From: Campylobacterota bacterium
GTDB taxonomy: Bacteria > Campylobacterota > Campylobacteria > Campylobacterales > Sulfurimonadaceae
Assembly (NCBI GenBank): GCA_034660715.1
Contig: JAYEJR010000151.1
Location: forward strand, 4,310 to 55,337
Direction of reading: 5' to 3'
Length of the DNA: 51,028 nt
The notes under the pieces were generated by a model. That model was given only the letters and a program-made list of their open reading frames with translations, ran no database searches and was not told the origin of the DNA. The translations under genes were made by a program, and so were the position numbers. This document shows, in pieces, positions 1-9,600 of this stretch (its first letter is position 1; every line of letters begins with the position of its first letter).

Positions 1-629
1 CGTTTTACTTTAAACCCTACTATCTTTCCAGCTTTTTTAAGTGGTCCTATCGCTATATCTTTCCATATCTGTGAAGGGTTTTTTGAGTAGCGTCTTATGT
101 CTTCTCTGGTTACCTGCTTCTCGTCGTCACTCTCTGAAGTAGTGCTATTTTTATTGACCTTTTTTACTACATCATTAAGTTTGCTTTTTCCCTCATCAAG
201 AGCTAAAACATACTCTTTACCTGCTTTAGTAAATATAACCTGGTTTAGACCTATCTCTTTAAGTTTGTAACCTTGATAGCTCTCACCAACCTCTATAATC
301 TCTGTCTTTTTAGGAGAAGCTTTTTTTGCAAGAATCGCAAAACCATGAAACTGACTTCCATAGAGTCCTTTTAAAACAAGGCTATTTATACTATAGGCTT
401 TACTCTTATCTTTTTTCACAGTAGGTGCATCAACTACTTTTGAGTGCACTAACATGTTTGAGAACTGCACTCTTTGATACTTAGCTTGGTAAGATTTCTT
501 GGCATTTAGTTCAACACCCTCACTTGGAAGGTACCACCACACTATAAGTGAGATGATTTTAGCGACTAGAAGTAGTACTAGTAATTTTCCTACAGTTGCG
601 ATGAGTTTAGTATTAGAAAGTTTTTGCAT
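1..629 (-). CDS. gspC: Type II secretion protein C-like (TM anchor, HR domain, start of PDZ domain); runs off the window start
   Basis: Not in the ORF track. Manual translation from ATG at 629 gives MQKLSNTKLIATVGKLLVLLLVAKIISLIVWWYLP...LVLKGLYGSQFHGFAILAKK...VGESYQGYKLKEIGLNQVIF...GKIVGFKVK. It is the last visible gene of the T2SS cluster. Confidence 0.75.
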   Translation of the reverse strand, partial: MQKLSNTKLIATVGKLLVLLLVAKIISLIVWWYLPSEGVELNAKKSYQAKYQRVQFSNMLVHSKVVDAPTVKKDKSKAYSINSLVLKGLYGSQFHGFAILAKKASPKKTEIIEVGESYQGYKLKEIGLNQVIFTKAGKEYVLALDEGKSKLNDVVKKVNKNSTTSESDDEKQVTREDIRRYSKNPSQIWKDIAIGPLKKAGKIVGFKVK

Positions 630-1146
630 AAACATACTCCCCATCTTCATCTTTTTTCATCATTCTTATTGTCTTTTTATACTTCGAGAGCATCACTTTT
701 GATGGTTTAACGACTGCACTTAGTTCTCTATCTAAGATGTTAAACGCCACCTCTGCATCACCAAAATCACCCTCAGCACTTGCACTCACAACCAATGGAT
801 TTAGTATACTATATGTAAGTTCTACTCTATCTATTTTTGAAGGTACATATGTCTCAACTAATGAAGAGAGGCTTAAATCATTTAGAGTTAGTGAGTTATA
901 AAAAAGGAGAAGAGTAACATCTGCTTCAGCGACGATAGCACTCTCAACCCCCTTTGTACTTAGCTCTAAGTTTTCTATATTAAGTGTTAAAAATCTATCA
1001 CCCAGTGTCTCGTTTGAGATAACAACATCAAATTTTTTAAGATTCTTCTCCACTAAAAAGTAAAAGCTTTTTTTCGGTGTAAACGCCACAAGAGCAAGAA
1101 CAAAGAAGAGAGAGAAAGCGAAAAATATTAAGAGTTTTTTTACCAT
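613..1146 (-). CDS. Type II secretion protein N-like
   Basis: N-terminal TM followed by a 'FTPK' motif and a beta-rich periplasmic part. Lies after the L/M-like genes in an overlapping operon. Confidence 0.6.
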   Translation of the reverse strand: MVKKLLIFFAFSLFFVLALVAFTPKKSFYFLVEKNLKKFDVVISNETLGDRFLTLNIENLELSTKGVESAIVAEADVTLLLFYNSLTLNDLSLSSLVETYVPSKIDRVELTYSILNPLVVSASAEGDFGDAEVAFNILDRELSAVVKPSKVMLSKYKKTIRMMKKDEDGEYVYAKTF

Positions 1147-1547
1147 TTTATCTCCATTCTTAGACTTGCTTTTGTCTCACTAAGTTTTTTTATTTTTAGT
1201 TCAGTTATATTGTATGAGCCATTAAGAACTTTTCCCATTAAAGAGTTAAGAGCTTTTGTGTCCATACCTTTTGAACTGATTCTAACAGATGACTTTTCAT
1301 GTTTTACTTCTAAAGATGCTGATTTGAGTGAGCTCTGAGAGAGGATTCTATCTATAGCTCTTTTAGTTTTTTTCTTGTTCGCATAGACTGCTTTAAGTGA
1401 GCTAAGTTCAACAGCTAGTTTTTCGCTGGTCTCATAAAGCTCACTCTCCTCTATCATATCTGTCTTCATGCCACTTAGAGTAAAAAACAAAAATGCTATC
1501 ACAACAACTAAAAGTGCTCCAATGTGAAGTGGATTTATCTGATTCAT
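1140..1547 (-). CDS. Type II secretion protein M-like
   Basis: 135 aa: TM, coiled segment, small alpha/beta domain. Directly follows the GspL-like gene. Confidence 0.6.
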   Translation of the reverse strand: MNQINPLHIGALLVVVIAFLFFTLSGMKTDMIEESELYETSEKLAVELSSLKAVYANKKKTKRAIDRILSQSSLKSASLEVKHEKSSVRISSKGMDTKALNSLMGKVLNGSYNITELKIKKLSETKASLRMEIKW

Positions 1548-2482
1548 ATCTTCATCTCCACTCTCATAGTTTCACCTTTTAAAGAACTTTTATACTTTAC
1601 ACCCTTGGCGTTTAGCTGATTGTTGATGGCGTTTAGGCTTGCTTTGTCTACTCCATCTATAGTTACACTTAAGAGATTGTTTTTGTACTCTATGAGTTTT
1701 ATTTTTTGATTTGACTTTAGCTTGAGTGTTAAAAAGTACGAGATGCGCTCTCTAAACTTTACACCTCTTTCATGAACCTTTGAGTACTTACTAAGTGAAG
1801 ACTTGTTTTGAAACATCGTAGACTGAAGCTTGTACTTAGAAAATAGTTCCTCTTTGGCTTCGATGATTGCATCTTTTTTACTACTAGTGATAAATATCTC
1901 TACTATAAGTATAAATGCTAAGAGAGTAAGTATAGCTCCTATCTTATAAAGGCTACTATTATCTACTATATGTCCAAACTGTTGCAGTTTTATCGTATGT
2001 TTTGAGAGCTTGATGTCATCTAGATTTAACTTCTCTTTCTCACTTATCCATGCAGATGGTGCTAAAACTAAAAGCTCATCTTTTATGTACATACACTGCT
2101 TCTCGTTGATACAAAAAGCTGATGAGAGCTCTTTAAACTCACTCTGAGCGAAATGCACCGATGCGATATCAGTAGAAGAGATGCCCTTTTGTGCAAGTAG
2201 TGATAGTATCTTCTTATCTTCATAAGCAAAAAGCATAAACTCTTCACCATTTTTATATGCTGTATAGGAGTAATGCCCCTCTGGTAGAGAGTCTTCAAAG
2301 ATAGATGGAAGAAGTTTTTTCACTTCTCTTACACTTTTTACAGGCAGTGACATCTTCTTCACCCAGTATAGAGAAGGGGAAAGAATGATGTTTATCTTTT
2401 TTGATTTGTTGTGAGAGAACTCTTCACTTGATGAAGGGTCTAAAAAGAGAGCAGTTGTAGCTCGTTTAAAGTTCATAAACAA
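1544..2482 (-). CDS. Type II secretion protein L-like
   Basis: Cytoplasmic N-domain, a single internal TM (IGAILTLLAFILIVEIFI) and a periplasmic C-domain. Follows gspK. Confidence 0.65.
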   Translation of the reverse strand: MFMNFKRATTALFLDPSSSEEFSHNKSKKINIILSPSLYWVKKMSLPVKSVREVKKLLPSIFEDSLPEGHYSYTAYKNGEEFMLFAYEDKKILSLLAQKGISSTDIASVHFAQSEFKELSSAFCINEKQCMYIKDELLVLAPSAWISEKEKLNLDDIKLSKHTIKLQQFGHIVDNSSLYKIGAILTLLAFILIVEIFITSSKKDAIIEAKEELFSKYKLQSTMFQNKSSLSKYSKVHERGVKFRERISYFLTLKLKSNQKIKLIEYKNNLLSVTIDGVDKASLNAINNQLNAKGVKYKSSLKGETMRVEMKI

Positions 2483-3368
2483 AATTCGATCCCTTTTTTT
2501 CTTTTATATCGTACTCAAACTGTATGGTTGAGTGACTATCATCTCTTCTCATATCTATCTCTACTAAAACTATTGGTTCAAAAAAACTAGTCTTGAATTT
2601 TTTAAGTCTCTCTAACTCACTATCATCTAAGTTTAAAGAAGCATCATCTGTATAAGCACCTGCATTAGAACTCAAGAACTCGGCTCTTTCAGGTGTCGCA
2701 CTAAGAAGAAGTTCCCAAACTTCAGTTGTTGCATAGTTCAAATCTATACTTATATTTTTATCTTGAGTAAAATAGAAAAGGTTATCGAAGTCTATCTTCT
2801 CAAGAGAGTTGTCGTTATATTCCTCAGCATAAAAATCGTTTATCTTCTTTAGATGCTTAGCTGAAGCTATATAATCTCTAAACAGGTAAGGATTCTCTTC
2901 AAAAATCGCACTATTATAGCTATTATCTTCTTTAACTCCGCTCACACTATCAAACAATATCTCAAGATATTGACTATTTACCATCTTATTGTTTAGATAA
3001 TCCACAAAGGATTGTGTAGTGTTTGCATCAAGCTGTGCAGGATTGAACTTTGCACGAGCACTTTGAAGTTTTAAAACTATCTCTAAACCAGAACTCTCAA
3101 ATGGAATAAATGAAGCTGAAGAGAGTAAAATATAGAGTTCGTCACTTGAGTTAGAATCTGCAACACGAGCCACATCTGGAGAGCTCTTTAAGATGTTTAA
3201 AACATCCTCTATAATGATGCTACTTTGATACATAAAGTTCTCACTCTTAAGTATCTTTGATGCATCATTTATCTGCTTTAGTCCAACACCTATGGCAACT
3301 GTTATGACTATAACAAACATAAGAGTTATCAGTAGTGCAATGGCGTTTCGTGAAGAGTTTTGCATCAA
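2466..3368 (-). CDS. gspK: Type II secretion minor pseudopilin K
   Basis: Atypical prepilin N-terminus lacking Glu5 (RNA-IALLITLMFVIVI), ~300 aa, 'IDLNYAT' motif typical of GspK. Confidence 0.75.
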   Translation of the reverse strand: MMQNSSRNAIALLITLMFVIVITVAIGVGLKQINDASKILKSENFMYQSSIIIEDVLNILKSSPDVARVADSNSSDELYILLSSASFIPFESSGLEIVLKLQSARAKFNPAQLDANTTQSFVDYLNNKMVNSQYLEILFDSVSGVKEDNSYNSAIFEENPYLFRDYIASAKHLKKINDFYAEEYNDNSLEKIDFDNLFYFTQDKNISIDLNYATTEVWELLLSATPERAEFLSSNAGAYTDDASLNLDDSELERLKKFKTSFFEPIVLVEIDMRRDDSHSTIQFEYDIKEKKGSNFVYEL

Positions 3369-4579
3369 CTAATACTCATCGAGAAGATAGGAAGCAACAT
3401 AGCCGCAACGATAAAACCTATACTCCCACCCACAAACAGCATAAGTGCAGGCTCAAGAAGAGTTAAAAGCAGAGATATTTTGTCTCTGTTTTCTTCAAAG
3501 TAAAGCTCTGATACATTTGTTAGAACATTCTCTAATTGAGAAGTCTCTTCCCCAAGTGCTATAGACTGTACAAAAGCATTATCTATTTTTGTACTTGACT
3601 CACTCAGTGCTTTTGAGAGAAGTTTTCCTTCTACTACTTTCTTACTTGCCCCTACAAAAAGCTCTTTTATAACTCTGTTGTTTAGGATGTTCGCACTTAA
3701 GTTAATAGTCTGAACAAAAGGAACTCCAGAGCGAGTAAGAAGTGAAGCTATGTAAGAAAAACGTGCTAGCTCGCTCTTAAGAGCTATAGCTCCAAAAAGA
3801 GGGAGAGTCAGCATAAACCTATCAACTCCATAAGCAAATGCATAAACTTTCTTCTTGAGTGTCATGAAAACAACTACACCTATAAATATAGTCGCTAACA
3901 TAAGTTGAAAATTACTAGAGAAAAACTCTCCTGCAGCGATAACAAACTGTGTCGGCATTGGTAGTTCTTGATCCATACTCTCAAATATACCTGTTATTTG
4001 AGGAACAACGAAGGTAAGCATAAACGCTATCATCACTAAAGAGATGATAATCATAAAAGAGGGATATGCAAAAGCACCCTTTATCTCTTTGTGGATTCTA
4101 TCTTGCTCTTTTAAAAAACGCGAGAGCTCAAGAAGTACTTCATCAAGTATCCCACCACTCTCACTTACCTTGATAGACTCTTTGAAAAAGGCTGGCAGTT
4201 CTACTATGGTCTGTGCTTCAAGCGCTGAGTAGAAGTTTTGTCCCTCATCAAGATGTGTGCTTACAGTAGTTAAAAAGAGTTTCATCTTTTTGTTTTTTTC
4301 ATAGTGAGTCTGAACGATTTTAAGGGCTGCGACTATAGAGATACCCGAGCGGATATACATAGAGAGTTCACGAGAGAGTGAAGCTAACTCTTTTGGTGGT
4401 ATCTTGTACTTACGGGAGATGTCAAACTTCTCATAAAAGGCAGGGGTATCTTCATCAAGGGACTGATAGATGACACCAATAGCCTTAAGTTTACTTCTGG
4501 CTTCATTGTGGTCAAGGGCTTCTACTCTATCACTAACCTTTTTTCCCTCTGCGTTTATACCTTTATACTTAAATATCAT
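3365..4579 (-). CDS. gspF: Type II secretion inner-membrane platform protein F
   Basis: GspF/PilC motifs: FKYKG start, ESGG.LDEVL, AYPSF, VVPQ, GEETSQLE, LEPALML. Confidence 0.93.
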   Translation of the reverse strand: MIFKYKGINAEGKKVSDRVEALDHNEARSKLKAIGVIYQSLDEDTPAFYEKFDISRKYKIPPKELASLSRELSMYIRSGISIVAALKIVQTHYEKNKKMKLFLTTVSTHLDEGQNFYSALEAQTIVELPAFFKESIKVSESGGILDEVLLELSRFLKEQDRIHKEIKGAFAYPSFMIIISLVMIAFMLTFVVPQITGIFESMDQELPMPTQFVIAAGEFFSSNFQLMLATIFIGVVVFMTLKKKVYAFAYGVDRFMLTLPLFGAIALKSELARFSYIASLLTRSGVPFVQTINLSANILNNRVIKELFVGASKKVVEGKLLSKALSESSTKIDNAFVQSIALGEETSQLENVLTNVSELYFEENRDKISLLLTLLEPALMLFVGGSIGFIVAAMLLPIFSMSIS

Positions 4580-5097
4580 TGCATCACTTCTTGTGCTATC
4601 TTTTCTTTCTCTTCTACTAAGTCTTCTAGAGAATCATAAACTAGTGTTTGCTCAAAGTAGGTTGTATAGTCATATACTTTTTCATTATAAGCAACTATCA
4701 TCTGTTGTGAAACTCCATTTTTCGATGTTTCAAAGGAGAAACATACACTCTCTTGAACATCTTCTTCATTAAAAAAGACTGGTTTTTTGCTCTCAACTAT
4801 GCCTTGAAGAGTATCGTAACGATACACCTCAACACTCTCATCAAAAAAGCTCTCTATTGTTGTCACCTTAGAACCATCCACATAAACTCCACATTCACTA
4901 CAATCATCCAGACATAAGAGTCTTGCACTTCTTGCATCATCTTTAGTAAAAGATATTAGGTACTCTTTTAGATTTTTAAAGCTTGGTGTGAACTTCTCTT
5001 CACCTACAGTTTTTAGTTTACTAACAGCAAGAGTATAGACAACTCCTATGATCATTATCACTATCATAAGTTCTATAAGAGAGAAGGCTTTTCGCAA
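4576..5097 (-). CDS. Prepilin-type N-terminal cleavage/methylation protein (GspH-like minor pseudopilin)
   Basis: KA|FSLIELMIVIMII prepilin motif; TTG start. Confidence 0.8.
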   Translation of the reverse strand: MRKAFSLIELMIVIMIIGVVYTLAVSKLKTVGEEKFTPSFKNLKEYLISFTKDDARSARLLCLDDCSECGVYVDGSKVTTIESFFDESVEVYRYDTLQGIVESKKPVFFNEEDVQESVCFSFETSKNGVSQQMIVAYNEKVYDYTTYFEQTLVYDSLEDLVEEKEKIAQEVMQ

Positions 5098-5102
5098 GTG
5101 AA

Positions 5103-5516
5103 CTACTTACACTCGCTCATTTTTATATCTTTAGACTCATCTTTACCGCCCTCTTTCTTGTCAGCAGCGAGTGAAATAAGCTCTATAGCTCCATCATCAT
5201 TGATATAGATAAACTCCTGACCCCATGAATCTTTTGGCATTTTTCCATCTTTAAAGTAAGAGTCATCCTCTGTTAAAAGTTTAAGTCCCTCTTCTGTTGA
5301 TGGATAGATACTATTTTTTATTTTGTACATATCAAGTGCACCGTTATAGATAGACTTCATTTGAACACATACTAAATCGCGTTTAGCCTCTTCACCCTTA
5401 CCAGTAAGACTTGGCATAACCATAGCTGCAAGCAACCCAAGTATAACGATAACTATCATAAGTTCTATAAGTGAGAACCCTTTTTTAAAACTTCTTTTTT
5501 GCATATTTTTTTGCAT
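5103..5516 (-). CDS. gspG: Type II secretion major pseudopilin G
   Basis: G|FSLIELMIVIVILGLLAA, YPSTEEGL, PKDSWG and ISLAADKKEGG...DI motifs. Confidence 0.92.
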   Translation of the reverse strand: MQKNMQKRSFKKGFSLIELMIVIVILGLLAAMVMPSLTGKGEEAKRDLVCVQMKSIYNGALDMYKIKNSIYPSTEEGLKLLTEDDSYFKDGKMPKDSWGQEFIYINDDGAIELISLAADKKEGGKDESKDIKMSECK

Positions 5517-5555
5517 TAGAATTGCCTTTGATTATTTTAATTAATTATTATAGTG

Positions 5556-5635
5556 AAAGAAAGTTACGTTTTGGAAATAGAGGGTTTAAAAAAGGGGAAT
5601 AACTGTTTGTTACCAATCTAGAGCTTGGAAGCGAG
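5556..5635. repeat. Cassette flank repeat A, copy 1, ending in a degenerate REP-like palindrome
   Basis: aaagaaagttacgttttggaaatagaggg...gttaccaatctagagcttggaagcgag matches 6067-6144. Confidence 0.9.
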
Positions 5636-5722
5636 CTATGCTTCTATATTACCAGAGTTAACTCCAATATATATAATTGTTCCTAAAAAAAAAGCTATTG
5701 TTGCCATTACTAGTAATTCCAT
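5636..5722 (-). CDS. Small single-TM peptide, 28 aa (MELLVMATIAFFLGTIIYIGVNSGNIEA)
   Basis: Below the ORF-track cutoff. ATG overlaps the upstream TGA (TGATG coupling), the peptide is hydrophobic, and a counterpart sits at the same position in cassette 2. Confidence 0.6.
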   Translation of the reverse strand: MELLVMATIAFFLGTIIYIGVNSGNIEA

Positions 5723-5949
5723 CACAAATCCTTTAAACTTTTGATTTTCTTTTTAATGTTTTTATCTATCATAATGATTGATACTGTTAACACAATTATA
5801 GCAATTATATCACCTATAATTTTCACATCAGATGCCATCTCATAATTATTTATCAACCAGCTAATTAAACCAATTGCAGTAAGTACTATTATGCCAAGCC
5901 AAACTTTTAAATAATTCAATTCTTCTTTAATCTCATCTATTTTTGCCAT
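5722..5949 (-). CDS. Small two-TM hypothetical protein, 75 aa
   Basis: Two hydrophobic segments with charged ends. Distant paralog of 6249-6479. Confidence 0.8.
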   Translation of the reverse strand: MAKIDEIKEELNYLKVWLGIIVLTAIGLISWLINNYEMASDVKIIGDIIAIIVLTVSIIMIDKNIKKKIKSLKDL

Positions 5950-6052
5950 ATCATCATTATAACATAATCATTATTTTGTTTTAAGTGAAAGGTTTGAAAA
6001 GAATTACTGTGTTTTGAATATTGAGTCACACCTCGGGAGAGATGTGACTAGA
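5942..6052. repeat. Cassette flank repeat B, copy 1 (start codon, extended -10 promoter, hairpin)
   Basis: 111 bp with 2 mismatches against 6472-6582. Contains minus-strand TGnTATAAT and the hairpin agtcacacctcgggagagatgtgact. Confidence 0.95.
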
Positions 6053-6066
6053 ATAGGGAATGAGCT

Positions 6067-6144
6067 AAAGAAAGTTACGTTTTGGAAATAGAGGGGTTAA
6101 AGAGGGGAATTCTATTTGTTCCCAAGCAGGAGCTTGTAAACGAG
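6067..6144. repeat. Cassette flank repeat A, copy 2
   Basis: Matches 5556-5635; ends in gttcccaagcaggagcttgtaaacgag. Confidence 0.9.
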
Positions 6145-6151
6145 AATAAAA

Positions 6152-6247
6152 CTATTTTTTCTCATTCATAAGTTCATAACTACTGTAAACAACTGCAAAG
6201 AGTGCTATTGAAAGTGCTATTGAAAGTGCTATTGCTTCTATACTCAT
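6152..6247 (-). CDS. Small single-TM peptide, 31 aa (MSIEAIALSIALSIALFAVVYSSYELMNEKK)
   Basis: ATG lies 1 nt after the upstream TAA. Hydrophobic, with an in-frame 12-bp tandem repeat. Confidence 0.6.
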   Translation of the reverse strand: MSIEAIALSIALSIALFAVVYSSYELMNEKK

Positions 6248-6248
6248 C

Positions 6249-6479
6249 TTACATATCCTCTAGTTCATTAATTTTTCTGTGCATTACTTTTGCCAATGTC
6301 ATAAATATTATCGCCAAGACAACAATTGTAATCACACCTAACCAAAAAGTAAAATCTAAAATATTATTTTGAAAAAGTCTAACAGTCCCACTAATATCAC
6401 CCATTAAAAGTGCAGTAATGAGTGCTAAATAAACTTTTAATGCACCAATATACTCTTTTGCTTTATCTATATTTGCCAT
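6249..6479 (-). CDS. Small two-TM hypothetical protein, 76 aa
   Basis: Paralog of 5722-5949 (shared MA.ID..KE....LKV.L..I.....G.IS and terminal KI..L.D). Confidence 0.8.
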   Translation of the reverse strand: MANIDKAKEYIGALKVYLALITALLMGDISGTVRLFQNNILDFTFWLGVITIVVLAIIFMTLAKVMHRKINELEDM

Positions 6480-6582
6480 ATCACCATTATATCATAATCA
6501 TTATTTTGTTTTAAGTGAAAGGTTTGAAAAGAATTACTGTGTTTTGAATATTGAGTCACACCTCGGGAGAGATGTGACTAGA
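6472..6582. repeat. Cassette flank repeat B, copy 2
   Basis: 109/111 identical to 5942-6052. Confidence 0.95.
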
Positions 6583-6618
6583 GAAATGCAGTTTGTTGAC
6601 GACTAATGATTAATCTCC

Positions 6619-9600
6619 TCAATATAAATAAAATGCTTGAGCGGCTTCTAGAGAAGTAAACATGTAGTTAATATCACCCATACTTTCTCCAGCACCTTCT
6701 ACTCTCTCACAATTATTGCTAGAGTTTAGTTGATAATAGTGACTTATCATAAAGTAAGGTTCCGATTCTATCATAAAGTCATATGTTTCACCCATACATT
6801 CACCTTGATAGCTTGTGGTTATTTTATTTCCATCGACGACATAGGTCACAGCAAATGTATTCCCAGCTTCTTCACCTTCAATACCTGTTATATTTACATC
6901 AGTTGCATTAATAACTTTAATCTCACTGATACTTCTAAATATATCACCATTATCATTTTTTTCGAAGTAAACTTCATATACTGTTCTACCTGTTAAGTCT
7001 CCATCTCCATAGTCAGCAGGTACATTTTGGGGATATGTAGCTACAGTACTAACTTCAAATGGTACATCAGACTCTTCGATACTTTGTAATTGAGTTGTAC
7101 GATCTCCTACTGTAGCTACTTCTGTTTTTCCTATACCTCTACAAAACACAGTGCTTTGTTCTTTGTTAGTTAACAGCTCTGCAGTTAAGACATTGTTGAT
7201 TCGTATACAGTCATTCGCAGTTCCATACGGAACTGTAATCCCTGTACTTACATCGACTAGAGTCATATTGTTCTCAAGTGATCCATCTACAGTTGTAGAG
7301 ATGTTACCATCTCTATAGAATGTCGTATTTGTTACATAGCTATACTCTTCGTTTAAAGTCATCTCTATTGGGCGTAAAACATACCCATCAGCAAATGTCC
7401 AGTTGCGTAAGACTGGTACTGTTCTATCTAATTCAGTGATTGCCCTATTTACTCCATCATAGTTTAAATCATAACTAATCACTGTTTTGCGATCAAGTTC
7501 ACCACCTATAAACTCCATTTTAGTTCTTGTAAGTTGACCTTCCACACTATAATCATTGTATTCTTCTATATAGTATGTTGGATCACTTGGATCTATAAAA
7601 ACTCTTTTGTTAAAAGCTTTTGATTTTTGGAAACTATAATCTGTAGTGTTTATTCGTGGCATAGCAACTGCTGGCGTAGATACCTGATGATCTATATCCA
7701 CAGAAAGTTCATAAAAGCTCAAACCATCCAACACACTTGCATCTACTGCTACTAAAGCATTCCACTCAGTTGTAAATGCACTAAACTCTTCACCAAAACG
7801 AATTTCATCCGTTATCGCATCTTTGTTTGCATCAAAATAGCTAATAAACTGAGTTTTTGCCGCTTCATTAAAGAAGTGTACAACTCCACCACTACCAGCT
7901 TCAAAGAAGTCACCATAGAGAATCTCTCCACCCTCTTCTACAAAAGCCATATTATATTTAGATTCATAGCCTTGGTAAGTTGGTTTTGTGACAAGAGCAC
8001 GTGTGAAATTATCTGTTGTACCGTTACCTATTATAATCTCGTATGTTCCAGCATTAGCATTAAGTACTCCTCCATTTGCATCTACAATGATAAGTTTTCC
8101 ATCGGCTCCAAATGCCAACCCACCATCTGTAAATCCATCGTTAGAATATATTTTACCACTTGAGCCATCATTAGCCGCTATCACTCCCTCAAGAGAAGTA
8201 AACTCACTACCAGTACCTGAAGACCAGTCTTTTGCAACTTCACCCCAAGTACTTACTTGGTCTGTAGTTCTTAGATATGCAAATTTATGTATCTCTGCAT
8301 CAGTAACAAAGCTTGATCCTTTTTCAGTGTTAAAATCCGCTATAGCCACTGTGCCCAAATATTTAATATTTGATACACCATTAAGAGTAATGGTAAAGTC
8401 TGCATTATACTCCGCATTATCTGGTCTACCAGAATTAGGATCAACTACATAATCTCCATTTTCATCGAGCATGTATTCTTCCCACCACCACTCTCTAACT
8501 TCATCTTCTGGAGAAAAGTTAGATATACTCATACCTCTTAACTCTAAAGATGCTACAAAGGTTTCTGTTACTGGTGGAGGGGTTGATGAACCATAAGCAT
8601 CCCCTTGAGTAAAATAAAATTTAGATGCAGAAATAGGATTCACTGTGTTCTCAACACTTACATAATTGTCTGATATCGCTAGTTCTAAAGTAAATACTCC
8701 ACCATTTGATAATGTAAATGTAACAGAATTACCTTCATATGTAACGGTTCCATTACCGTCATAATCACCATATTTATCAACTCCTGAATAAGTCATTACA
8801 GTTGCATCCGCATTAAAACTCCACTCTTCTGTTTTGTTTGGGTCATCTGGATTATTTTGTTCTGGATAAAGTTTCTTGTTACTCAAAAAGGCTTGAATTT
8901 GGTTAGCAGGTGTCAAGTCAGCTAATGCCTCCATAACATCATTAATACCTATAGCATTTAAAGATGGGTTATGAAACGGCTTAAATTCTTCACTTACTTC
9001 ATTAGCCCAACCTCTATACACAACAGGAGTTGCATCATCTGCCCCTTGATACATCGTCACAAATTGACCACTCTCATCTGCATAAGCTTCAGTAGTAATG
9101 TTAAAAAAGATTGCAAGTTGCGAAGTTCCTGGTAGCATTTTTGCTTCCCATGTTCCAGCTGTTCCTGCAGTTCCAACAAGTATCGTTTGTCCGTCAGAAG
9201 TGTTTGTAGGTTTTGACACCTGAGATAAAGAGCCACTTGAGCCTTCAACTAATGTTCCAGTAAATGGTTCTGCAATAGTAACACCACCATCTTCATCACC
9301 AACTACCCACCAGTTATCGCCTATCATGCTTCTATCGTTTTTTTCGATATATTTTTCTAATGATGCTATGACATCCATATTTCCTGCTTCGTTGTTAGCA
9401 TACTCAACACCATCAAGTTCATAACTTTCACTATTGTTTCTAAATGCAAACTGAGTTAACTTTGCACCCTCACTAAATGTCACATCACCAATCCCTTCGA
9501 TGCTTTTAGTATTTCCACTAATATCTTGAGAACTTACAATTTTAACTTCTGCATTATAAACAGGCACATTTAAAATTGTGTCATTGTCTGTCAATGTAAA

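Noticed and set aside
5556-6582. CRISPR array or integron attC cassettes
   Set aside because: Only two long units with gene-sized inserts; no cas or integrase; no convincing RYYYAAC...GTTRRRY attC structure.
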